Position numbers and translations under genes: made by a program. Positions 28,834 to 37,147 of a stretch of 37,152 bases of DNA are shown here, in pieces. The notes under the pieces are model-generated. The model did not search any database. It saw nothing but the letters and a program-made list of their open reading frames with translations, and was not told the origin of the DNA. Each line of letters begins with the position of its first letter. The stretch's first letter is position 1. The stretch comes from Myxococcota bacterium (lineage in GTDB: Bacteria; Myxococcota_A; UBA9160; UBA4427), in contig JAYZFK010000027.1 in assembly GCA_036336835.1 (NCBI GenBank), forward strand, positions 1-37,152. The letters are read 5' to 3'.

Positions 28834-29771
28834 GAGCGCCCCCCCGCGCCGCACGCCTCGTCCTCTCGCGCGAGCACCACGGACGCCGCGCCCATTACGG
28901 TGAAGTGCTCGTATTCGAGATCGAATTCGATCCGGCCGCCGCGCACGACGTCACAGCCCCGCACGACGCTCGCGTGGCCGCTGCACACGATGCGCTGCTC
29001 GGCACGCAGGTAGGTCGCCCGGTCGCAACGGGCAACGCGCTCTCCCTGAATGACGCGGACATCGCCGATGGCGATGAGCTTCTCGGGCTGCGACTGCCCC
29101 GCCTCGTAGAAGGCCTCTAGCTTCTCGGTGCGCAGCTCGATATCGCCCTGCAAGACTCGAACGTCGCGCTTGAACACGAGGTGACGCTTGCCGTTGTTGC
29201 TCGCGACGTCGAGTTGTTCGGACTTGATCGAGATCGGTCCGTCAGGGCGCAGCGAGCCGATCAACGGCACTCCTTCCGAAGCGCTGCCCGGCGGGAGCGT
29301 CGCGGCTGCGGTGCCGTCGAGCGGCGGGGCTCCCAGCGCCTCGCGGATTCCCGCCTGCAGTGCGGTCACGGCCGCTGGCTCGAGCTGCGGTGCAACGGTC
29401 CAACCTCCGAGCAGTCCGCCGCTGTGCGCCGAGCGCAACTCGGTCCACAGCTGCCCCGCCTCGAGCCTCGCGACAACGACGGCGTCCGAGCCAGTGTCGA
29501 GCGCCCAGTCGCGGACGGCGCGGGCCGTCGCACCGTCGGCGTCGGCATCGGCGACGAGAGTGACCTGGAATCCTCCGTGGGAGCGGAGTGCGTTCGCGAG
29601 CGCCTCGGTCAGCTCACTGGAGAGTTCGGTCGCATCCGGGGGCAGGACGACGACCGCCGGGAGGGCCAGGTGCGGCTCGCCCATCGCAGCCCCCGCGAGC
29701 CACGTCGCCGCGACCGCGGCGAGGGCCGCCCGCCGCAACGCGACGGCAATCGTTCGGGTTCGCGCCGTCAC
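28830..29771 (-). CDS. lptA: LptA/OstA family LPS transport protein with extra N-terminal domain
   Basis: C-terminal ~135 aa beta-jellyroll pattern (PISIKSEQLD, VFKRDVRVLQGD, AIGDVRVIQG, ARCDRATY, VRGGRIEFDL). Position between lptC and lptB. Confidence 0.85.
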   Translation of the reverse strand: MTARTRTIAVALRRAALAAVAATWLAGAAMGEPHLALPAVVVLPPDATELSSELTEALANALRSHGGFQVTLVADADADGATARAVRDWALDTGSDAVVVARLEAGQLWTELRSAHSGGLLGGWTVAPQLEPAAVTALQAGIREALGAPPLDGTAAATLPPGSASEGVPLIGSLRPDGPISIKSEQLDVASNNGKRHLVFKRDVRVLQGDIELRTEKLEAFYEAGQSQPEKLIAIGDVRVIQGERVARCDRATYLRAEQRIVCSGHASVVRGCDVVRGGRIEFDLEYEHFTVMGAASVVLAREDEACGAGGRS

Positions 29772-30277
29772 GGATCCTGCACCACCTCGGCACCGCCCAA
29801 TAGACGAAACCGCTCCTCGTGCAAGTAGTAACGGAAGCCGCCGCCGCGCAGCGTCGTACCCGATTCGCTCATCAGCACCGACGCATCGGTGAACAGCAAC
29901 CCATCGGTGTGGTCGTAACGTACCCAGGCCGAACTGAACTCTCGGCCATCGTCGGTGCTCCCGGTCACGTTGCCACGCGCCCAGAAGCTGTTGCTCTTCA
30001 GGTTCAGCGTCCCCTCATCGCACTCGATCTCGATGTGACCGTTCTCGTCTTCGCCGGTGCTCAGGCGGGCACGCACGACGTCGAGATCCGCGACGTCTGC
30101 ATCCGGTCGGAAACGGGCTTGCTCGGCGTGCACGATCACCTCCGTCTCTTCAGCCCGGCTCGAGATGAAGGTCATCCCGGTGACTTTGAGTGGCGGGGAC
30201 TCGGCACCGGCCGCAAGAGCGACGGTCCACAGCACGCCATGCCAGAGAGATCGGATCCAGATCGAGACGCACCGCAT
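29768..30277 (-). CDS. lptC: LPS export periplasmic protein LptC
   Basis: N-terminal hydrophobic segment, then a beta-rich jellyroll (IECDEGTL, GNVTG, YDH..LLFTD..V, LRGGGF). First gene of lptCAB. Start ATG 30277 (track uses TTG 30286). Confidence 0.78.
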   Translation of the reverse strand: MRCVSIWIRSLWHGVLWTVALAAGAESPPLKVTGMTFISSRAEETEVIVHAEQARFRPDADVADLDVVRARLSTGEDENGHIEIECDEGTLNLKSNSFWARGNVTGSTDDGREFSSAWVRYDHTDGLLFTDASVLMSESGTTLRGGGFRYYLHEERFRLLGGAEVVQDP

Positions 30278-30332
30278 GTGCAACAAACATACCAGTTGTG
30301 CTGAAACGCGGACAGCGGGGCCGCTGAGATGC

Positions 30333-30575
30333 TCAGTCTTCGCCCTGGTGGCCGAAGATAGTCTGGAAAGGCTCCTGTGAGCCGAGCCAGTGGGCAGGCC
30401 GGAAGATCAGGGTGTCGAGCACGAACCCGACCGGATACAAAATGTAGCCGGCGATGCGCAGGGGATGGCCCGCCAGCTGCGGCCGGTACGGGTCCGCCGA
30501 CGCCGAGGTCGGAGCGGCGGACAGCATCGCCACAACCCCGAGGCAGAGCAGGCTCCGACGCAAGTACTCGGCCAC
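30333..30575 (-). CDS. Small secreted/membrane hypothetical protein (80 aa)
   Basis: SD AGGAGAG before GTG. Signal peptide ending ASA, then DPYRPQLAGHPLRIAGYILYPVGFVLDTLIFRPAHWL. Confidence 0.75.
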   Translation of the reverse strand: MAEYLRRSLLCLGVVAMLSAAPTSASADPYRPQLAGHPLRIAGYILYPVGFVLDTLIFRPAHWLGSQEPFQTIFGHQGED

Positions 30576-30963
30576 GATCTTCTCTCCTGATGTCGCAATT
30601 TCGCAACGGAATCAGTCCTATAGCGTACCGTGTCGATCGGATGATCGCCGCTGCGAATCAAGCTGCGACTGAACCACGCGGAGGGGCGACCAAACCGTTG
30701 ATCAAGCTTCATCTTCAAGAACTGATCAACTCTAAGATTCAGATATCTTCCCATTTAGACGATCTTTCAGAGCAGCATCTCGAGATAATAGAGATTCTGG
30801 TCAGAATTCCGGCCAACAAGAGAGACATCGGTTAAAGTCTCTTCTCAGGTCGTCCAAAAACTAAGGATTTAGTGCTCATAGTGAGTCATGTGAGCTCAAA
30901 TTTTTGCGAACTTTCACCTTTTTGCGCAACAAATAGGCATCTACCGCTTCAAGAGATCACGAT
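30576..30963. promoter_or_regulatory. AT-rich divergent control region (small ORF-lpt-rpoN operon versus ilvBN)
   Basis: Longest intergenic region in the window and visibly the most AT-rich. Contains TCGCAA x2, TTTTTGCG x2 and a GCTCATA/TGTGAGC hairpin. Confidence 0.6.
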
Positions 30964-32676
30964 ATGGATATTCCGATGACAACTGGGGCAGAAAAACTAA
31001 TCCAATGTCTCGAACGCGAGGGTGTTGAGTACATCTTTGGCCTCTCGGGCGGCGCTGCGATGCCGCTGTTCGACGCTCTCGTCGATTCAAAGATCAAGCT
31101 CATCGCCACCCGCCACGAGCAGGGTGCCACGCATATGGCCGACGGCTATGCGCGAGCAACCGGCAAGCCAGGTGTCGTGCTCGTCACCTCGGGGCCCGGT
31201 GCGACGAACACTGTCACGGGCATGCTGACGGCCCTGATGGACTCGGTGCCGATCGTCGTACTCTGCGGCCAGCAGATCAGGCCCCTGCTCGGCAAGGATG
31301 CCTTCCAGGAGGCCGACGTCACCGGGATCACCTACCCCGTCGTGAAGCACAGTTATCTGGTCGAGGATGCTGCCGACCTTCCGCGAATCGCGCGTGAGGC
31401 GTTCCACATCGCGACCAGCGGCCGGCCGGGCCCGGTACTGATCGATCTCCCGAAGGATGTGACGCAGGGCCCCTGCGACGCCCCCTTCGTCGACTCGATC
31501 GAGCTACCCGGCTACTCGATACCCGGGCGCGGCGATCCCGAGGCGATCGCCGAGACTGCCGAGCTGCTCAAGGCAGCAAAGCGGCCGCTGCTCTACGTCG
31601 GGCACGGCGCGGTGATCTCGGAAGCCGGCAAGGCGGTGGTCTCGCTGGCAGAAAAGTTGCGGGCCCCGATCGTGAACACGCTGCTCGGCAAGGGAGCCGC
31701 AGACGAGACGCATCCGTTGCATCTCGGCATGCTCGGGATGCACGGCACCGCCTACGCGAACAAGGCAGTGGTCGACTGCGACCTGATCATGGCGATCGGC
31801 GCTCGCTGGGACGATCGCATCACCGGCAAGGTCGACGAGTTCTGCACCGAGGCGGTCAGGATCCACATCGACATCGACCCGGCCGAGTTCGGCAAGGTGA
31901 TCGAGTGCGACGTCTGCATCCAGGGCGACGCTCGCCTGGTCATCGAGGATCTGGTGCCGCTGATCGAGGCTGCCGACACTGGACCGTGGCTGGCCCAGTG
32001 CGAGCGCTGGCGCAAGCAGTACCCGCTCAAATACCCGAAGCAGGGCGGACTGCGCGCCCAGCACGTACTCAGCCGGCTGAACGAGCTCACCCGCGGCAAC
32101 GCCATCATCACCACAGACGTGGGCCAGCACCAGATGTGGGCGGCGCAGTTCTGCCAGTCGACGACGAACCGCCACTGGATCTCTTCGGGCGGCGCCGGAA
32201 CGATGGGCTTCGGCTTTCCGGCCGCGATCGGCGCCCAGTTCGCCTGTCCCGACAAGAAGGTCTGGGCCGTCGTGGGCGACGGCGGCTTCCAGATGACGCT
32301 CTCGGAGCTGGCGACAGCCGCCATCCACGAGCTCGACCTCAACTGCCTGGTCATCAACAACAACTACCTGGGCATGGTGCGGCAGTGGCAGGAGCTGTTC
32401 TTCGAGAACCGCTTGTCGGGGGTGGACCTCGAGGGCAACCCGGATTTCGTAAAGCTCGCGAACTCCTACGGCGTGCGCGCCTGGCGCATCCGACGCCCGG
32501 CCGACGTAGACCGCGTACTCGCGGAGGCACAGGCTCATCGCGGTCCGACGCTCGTCGTGGCCGAGGTGGTGAAGGAGGACAACGTGTTCCCGATGATCCC
32601 CGCCGGTGCGCCGGTGTCCGGGATGATCATCGAGAAGCCGAAGGAGCGGCTCGAGAAGCCGACGGGGAGCACCTGA
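30964..32676 (+). CDS. ilvB: Acetolactate synthase large subunit, biosynthetic
   Basis: RHEQGATHMADGYAR, TSGPGATN, DAFQE, MLGMHG, TDVGQHQMW and ThDP motif GDGGFQM...NN.YLGMVRQWQ. Start may be 30976. Confidence 0.97.
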   Translation: MDIPMTTGAEKLIQCLEREGVEYIFGLSGGAAMPLFDALVDSKIKLIATRHEQGATHMADGYARATGKPGVVLVTSGPGATNTVTGMLTALMDSVPIVVLCGQQIRPLLGKDAFQEADVTGITYPVVKHSYLVEDAADLPRIAREAFHIATSGRPGPVLIDLPKDVTQGPCDAPFVDSIELPGYSIPGRGDPEAIAETAELLKAAKRPLLYVGHGAVISEAGKAVVSLAEKLRAPIVNTLLGKGAADETHPLHLGMLGMHGTAYANKAVVDCDLIMAIGARWDDRITGKVDEFCTEAVRIHIDIDPAEFGKVIECDVCIQGDARLVIEDLVPLIEAADTGPWLAQCERWRKQYPLKYPKQGGLRAQHVLSRLNELTRGNAIITTDVGQHQMWAAQFCQSTTNRHWISSGGAGTMGFGFPAAIGAQFACPDKKVWAVVGDGGFQMTLSELATAAIHELDLNCLVINNNYLGMVRQWQELFFENRLSGVDLEGNPDFVKLANSYGVRAWRIRRPADVDRVLAEAQAHRGPTLVVAEVVKEDNVFPMIPAGAPVSGMIIEKPKERLEKPTGST

Positions 32677-32677
32677 G

Positions 32678-33214
32678 ATGGCTGCCGCGACCACGCCCGC
32701 GTTCACCGCACAGAAGGACATGAGTCAGACGCACACGATCGCCCTGTTCGTGTCGGACAAACCGGGAGTCCTGGTCCGCGTCGCGCTCGTCTTCTCGCGC
32801 CGCAGCTACAACATCGAGAGCCTCGTCGTCAGTCCCGCCAAGGATCCGGGCTACTCACGGATGACGATCACCTGCTCTGGGGACCCGGCCACACTCGGCC
32901 AGATCATCAAGCAGCTGGCGAAGCTGGTCGATGTGCTGCACGCAATCGACCACACCGGCGAGGCGATCTACGAGACCGAGATCGCGCTGATCAAGATCGA
33001 GACCGCCGGTAACGAGGAGCGCGCCGAGCTGATGCAGATCGCCGAGCACTTCGGCGCCCGTGTGGTCGACTACGGGAGCAACAGCACGATCCTGCGCGTC
33101 TACGGAAACAGTGAGAAGCTCGACGCACTGATCCGCCTGCTCAACGACATGACGATCACCGAGCTCGTCCGCTCGGGGAAGATGGTCATGGCCCGGGGTC
33201 GCGCCACCACCTAG
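32678..33214 (+). CDS. ilvN: Acetolactate synthase small (regulatory) subunit
   Basis: ACT domain DKPGVLVRV..FSRRSYNIESL, QIIKQLAKLVDV, ELVRSG. Confidence 0.95.
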   Translation: MAAATTPAFTAQKDMSQTHTIALFVSDKPGVLVRVALVFSRRSYNIESLVVSPAKDPGYSRMTITCSGDPATLGQIIKQLAKLVDVLHAIDHTGEAIYETEIALIKIETAGNEERAELMQIAEHFGARVVDYGSNSTILRVYGNSEKLDALIRLLNDMTITELVRSGKMVMARGRATT

Positions 33215-33388
33215 GAGCCGGAACGCCGCGGCGCCTTTGCGGACGAAGCTGCGGCCAGCGGTCGCGGACGCGCCGCGAGCGCCAGGCCCCTGCGGTATCG
33301 TCGACTGGCGGAGAGCCCGTCGGGTGGGCGCCGCCCGAAGGTCGATGATTCAGCCCCGCTCCAATCGGCGCGGCTGTGGGCGGCTGGA

Positions 33389-33505
33389 ATGCTGAATGAC
33401 TTTGGGGAGAGTTCGTTTGCGAAGCATGGAGACCAGCCGACACGCGCCGCCCTCGATCGCGCCTTCGCGTTCCTGCGCGACGCGCTGATCCCGGCCCCGG
33501 CCTGA
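33389..33505 (+). pseudogene. 38-aa remnant resembling the two termini of a dienelactone-hydrolase-family gene
   Basis: MLNDFGESSFAKHGDQPTRAALDRAFAFLRDALIPAPA. PTRAALDR..AFLR..L resembles the terminal helix of DLH-like alpha/beta hydrolases (recalled, not searched). Confidence 0.45.
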
Positions 33506-33516
33506 CCCTGTCCACG

Positions 33517-34575
33517 ATGCAGCGCGCCCGCGGCTTCCGTAGTGACAACAACGCCGGGCTCTGCCCGGAGGCCGAGGCGGCGCTCACGGCCGCGAACGAC
33601 GCCGCACACCACGAGGGCTACGGCGACGACGCCTACACCGCTGAAGCGGTCGAGGCGTTTCGCGCGATGTTCGACGACGAGGTCGAGGCGTTCTTCGTTG
33701 CGACGGGCACGGCAGCAAACGTGCTAGCCATCGCGGCACTGACCGATCCGTGGCAGCAGGTCCTGTGCCATCGGCACAGCCACTATGCAGAGCACGAATC
33801 GACCGCACCGGAGCGCATCACCGGCTGTCGCACGCGCGTCGTCGGCGCTCCGGGCGCCGATCGCATCGAGCCCGGCGACCTGGCCGGCCTCTCGGCCTTC
33901 GAGCCGGGCGACGTCCACGAAGTACAGGCTGGAGTGCTGACGCTCACCAACGCCAGCGAGCTTGGCACCGTCTACCGCCCAGCAGAGCTGCGCAGCCTCT
34001 GCCAGCGCGCCCATGCGCTCGGCTATCGCGTGCACGTCGATGGCGCGCGCTTCGCAAATGCCGTGGCCGCGCTGGGCTGCGACCCCCGCGAGATCTCCAC
34101 CCTTGCCGGCGTCGACGCGCTCTCGTTCGGCGGCACCAAGAACGGTCTCGCTTTCGGGGAGGCGGTGCTGTTGTTTCGCCAGGGCGATGGATCGCAGCAG
34201 CGGCGTGCCGTCCAGCGCTTTCCCTACCTGCGCAAGAGCGCCGGCCATCTGATCTCGAAGCACCGCTTCCTCGCGGCGCCGTTCACCGCCGCGCTGCGCG
34301 ATGGCGCCTGGCTGCGCCACGCCGCACACGCCAATGCGATGGCAACGCGACTCGCCGACGGATTGCGAGCGCTCGACGTCGAGCCAGTGCATCCGGTCGA
34401 GACCAACGGCGTATTCGTCCGCCTGCCCTCCGCAGTCGATCGCGCACTGCGCGCCGCGGGTTACGGGTACTACCCGTTCGGCGATCCCGACGACGGAATT
34501 TTTCGGCTGCTCTGCAGCTTCGACACGCAGCTCGAAGAGGTCGACGATTTCCTCGCGATCGCACGGAGTGCCTGA
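33517..34575 (+). CDS. Low-specificity L-threonine aldolase family (PLP)
   Basis: FRSDN, YGDD, TGTAAN, ELGTVY, HVDGARFANA, PLP-Lys motif SFGGTKNG, SKHRF. Confidence 0.92.
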   Translation: MQRARGFRSDNNAGLCPEAEAALTAANDAAHHEGYGDDAYTAEAVEAFRAMFDDEVEAFFVATGTAANVLAIAALTDPWQQVLCHRHSHYAEHESTAPERITGCRTRVVGAPGADRIEPGDLAGLSAFEPGDVHEVQAGVLTLTNASELGTVYRPAELRSLCQRAHALGYRVHVDGARFANAVAALGCDPREISTLAGVDALSFGGTKNGLAFGEAVLLFRQGDGSQQRRAVQRFPYLRKSAGHLISKHRFLAAPFTAALRDGAWLRHAAHANAMATRLADGLRALDVEPVHPVETNGVFVRLPSAVDRALRAAGYGYYPFGDPDDGIFRLLCSFDTQLEEVDDFLAIARSA

Positions 34576-34597
34576 ACGGCACTCGAAGGAGATCCCC

Positions 34598-35446
34598 ATG
34601 CAGGTGCTCGACGGCAGAGTGGCGGTCGTCACGGGAGCCGCCAGCGGAATCGGACTCGCAATTGCGGAACGCTTCGTCCACGAGGGCATGCGCGTCGTGA
34701 TCGCAGACATCGAGGCCGAGCCGCTCGCCCGAGCGGCCGAGACGCTCCGCGCACGCGGCGGCGAGATCGTCGCACACCCCTGCGACGTGGCCGACGCGGC
34801 CTCCGTCGAAGCCCTCGCCGAGGCCTGCTACGCGGCATTTGGCGCCGTCCACGTGCTGTGCAACAACGCGGGTGTCCTCTCCGGGGGCATGGTCTGGGAC
34901 ACCCCGATCGAGGACTGGGACTGGGTGCTCGGCGTGAACCTCTACGGAGTCATCCACGGTCTGCGCAGCTTCGTACCGCGAATGCAGGCGCAGGACAGCG
35001 AAGGCCACATCATCAACGTCGCCTCGATGGCGGGCGTGACGACCACGCCCATGACAGCCGTCTACTCGGTCAGCAAGCACGCCGTCGTGGCGCTCTCCGA
35101 ATGCCTGGTCAAGGAGCTTGGCATGACGCAGTCGAAGCTGAAGGCATCGGTGCTGTGCCCGGAGATGGTGGACACCGCCATCGGCGAAGCCGACCGCAAT
35201 CGCCCCACGGCGCTACGCACCGAGAGCGATACCCCGACCAAGGACATGATCGTGAAGGCCACATCCGACGCAGCCAGACAGGGATTGCCGCCCTCCGAGA
35301 TGGCCGACCGCGTCGTGCGCGCGATCCGCGAGGAGAGCTTCTACATCCTGTCCGAGGACGAAACCTGGCGCGGGATCTGCAACCGCCGCTGCGAGGACAT
35401 CCTCGCAGGACGAGATCCCAGCCTGGCCCTGCCGGACGCTGGCTGA
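34598..35446 (+). CDS. Short-chain dehydrogenase/reductase
   Basis: TGAASGIG, NNAG, NVASMAG, YSVSK (YxxxK). SD AAGGAG before ATG 34598. Confidence 0.94.
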   Translation: MQVLDGRVAVVTGAASGIGLAIAERFVHEGMRVVIADIEAEPLARAAETLRARGGEIVAHPCDVADAASVEALAEACYAAFGAVHVLCNNAGVLSGGMVWDTPIEDWDWVLGVNLYGVIHGLRSFVPRMQAQDSEGHIINVASMAGVTTTPMTAVYSVSKHAVVALSECLVKELGMTQSKLKASVLCPEMVDTAIGEADRNRPTALRTESDTPTKDMIVKATSDAARQGLPPSEMADRVVRAIREESFYILSEDETWRGICNRRCEDILAGRDPSLALPDAG

Positions 35447-35546
35447 CGAGCCGAGCGACCCGCTCTGGGGCCAGCGCTCGGGAAACGTCCGCTGTCCGGA
35501 CGGAAACCTGATCGATCGGGTGCAGCAGCTCGACCGAGCCGCGCTC

Positions 35547-36416
35547 TCAAAGTGAGCCGAGCCACTCCGCGATCGCGCGGCCAATCTGCTCGCCCGAGTC
35601 CTCCTGGATGAAGTGACTCCCGGCGACGGTGATCTCGCGCTGGCTGGGCCACGCGCGACAGCGCTCGCGCAGCGCCCCGGTCAGGATCGCGCCCGGCTCG
35701 GCGTTGACGAACAGCTTCGGCAGGTCGCTCGTCGCAAGCCAGTCGGCATAGCCGGCCACGATCTCGACCACGTCGGACGGCTCGCCAGCGATCGGGATCT
35801 GACGCGGCCAGGTCAAGGTCGGACGACGCCCCTCCCCCGGCTCGCGGAACGGAGCGCGGTACGCGGCCATCTCGTCGTCGTCGAGCTCGCGCAGGATCGA
35901 GCTGGGCAGGACGGCCTCCACGAAGAGGTTCTTTTCGAGCACCATCTCTTCGCCTGACGGCGAGCGAAAGCCCTGGAAGATGCGACGCGCCGCCTGCGGC
36001 CAGTCGTCCCAGCTGTCGATCGGGCCCACGATGGCTTCCATGTACGCGATTCCGCGCACGGCGTCGCGGTGCCGGTTGGCCCAGTCGAAACCGAGCGCCG
36101 AGCCCCAGTCGTGGATCACGAAGGTCACGTTCGAGCGGACACCGAGCTGGTCGAGCAGCGCGTCGAGATACTCGCGGTGCTCCACGAAGCGATAGCTCTC
36201 GGGGCCGGATTTGGGCAGCTTCTGCGAGTCGCCCATGCCAATCAGGTCCGGGGCGATGCAGCGACCGATCCCTTCGAGCGCCGGGATCACGTTGCGCCAC
36301 AGGTACGAGGAGGTCGGGTTGCCGTGCAGCAGCACGATCGGGTCGCCCTCGCCCACCTCTACGTACGCCATCTCGAGGCCATTTACCTCCGCATGCCGCT
36401 TGCCGTACATCGTCAC
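35547..36416 (-). CDS. Haloalkane dehalogenase (HLD-II, LinB/DhaA-like)
   Basis: [12 protein letters not shown] (halide-stabilising Asn), HDWG (nucleophile Asp plus Trp), YMEAIV (acid Glu), [15 protein letters not shown] (His). Confidence 0.93.
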   Translation of the reverse strand: MTMYGKRHAEVNGLEMAYVEVGEGDPIVLLHGNPTSSYLWRNVIPALEGIGRCIAPDLIGMGDSQKLPKSGPESYRFVEHREYLDALLDQLGVRSNVTFVIHDWGSALGFDWANRHRDAVRGIAYMEAIVGPIDSWDDWPQAARRIFQGFRSPSGEEMVLEKNLFVEAVLPSSILRELDDDEMAAYRAPFREPGEGRRPTLTWPRQIPIAGEPSDVVEIVAGYADWLATSDLPKLFVNAEPGAILTGALRERCRAWPSQREITVAGSHFIQEDSGEQIGRAIAEWLGSL

Positions 36417-37147
36417 TCTCCCACGAAGCTGGGCTTGCGCTTCTCGAGGAAGGCGTGGATGCCCTCCTGACCGTCGCGCGTTGCGGACATCTCGGAGATC
36501 TCATCGCCCTCGAGGTCGAGCTGTGCCGCGAGATCGCGCGCTGCGCTGGCGAGCAACGTGCGCTTCACGGCACCGAAGGCGCGCGTCGGCCCGGCCGCCA
36601 GCTGTGCGGCAAGCGCCATCGACTCTGCCTGCAGCGCGTCGGCCGCGACGACCCGATTGACCAACTGCCACTCGAGCGCCTCGTCGGCAGCGAGCACGCG
36701 GTTGGTGAAGATCAGCTCTTGCGTGCGACGCAAGCCAATCAACCGCGGCAGGTAGAAGGTCGAGCCGCCGTCCGCTGCGAGGCCCGCTCCCGTATAGGCC
36801 ATCGTAAACTTCGCGCTGTCGGCAGCGAGCACCAGATCACAGCTGCAAGCGAGCGACATGCCCGCACCCGCTGCCGTTCCGTTGACGGCCGCGAGTACCG
36901 GCGCGTCGAGCGTCGCGAAGGCAACCTGCGCCGCATGTAGCTCGACCGTGATCGACTTGAGCAGCGCGCGCGGGTCGGACGTGTCGGCAAACGCGCCGAG
37001 GTCCCCGCCTGCGCAGAAGGCCCTGCCATTGCCAGTGACCACGACCGCGCGCACCGACTCGTCCGCGCAGCGCTCGGCCGCGGGCCGCCCCTCCCCGGGC
37101 ACCCCCCCGGGAAATCTGTTGCTAGAGACCGGCCGGGGGCGCACCAC
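36413..37147 (-). CDS. Crotonase-family isomerase (PaaG-like), 5' end missing or corrupted
   Basis: [52 protein letters not shown]. The translation stops resembling a crotonase upstream of ~37075. Confidence 0.85.
   Translation of the reverse strand: MVRPRPVSSNRFPGGVPGEGRPAAERCADESVRAVVVTGNGRAFCAGGDLGAFADTSDPRALLKSITVELHAAQVAFATLDAPVLAAVNGTAAGAGMSLACSCDLVLAADSAKFTMAYTGAGLAADGGSTFYLPRLIGLRRTQELIFTNRVLAADEALEWQLVNRVVAADALQAESMALAAQLAAGPTRAFGAVKRTLLASAARDLAAQLDLEGDEISEMSATRDGQEGIHAFLEKRKPSFVGE

Noticed and set aside
30660..30695. GG-N10-GC matches on the minus strand (TGGTCGCCCCTCCGC, TGGTTCAGTCGCAGC) as sigma-54 promoters
   Set aside because: They lack the TGGCA and TTGC context, and such spacing arises often by chance.
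35447..35546. Intrinsic terminator or REP element between convergent SDR and HLD genes
   Set aside because: A GC hairpin (CGTCCG-N5-CGGACG) is present, but there is no U-tract on either strand and I saw no second copy in the window.
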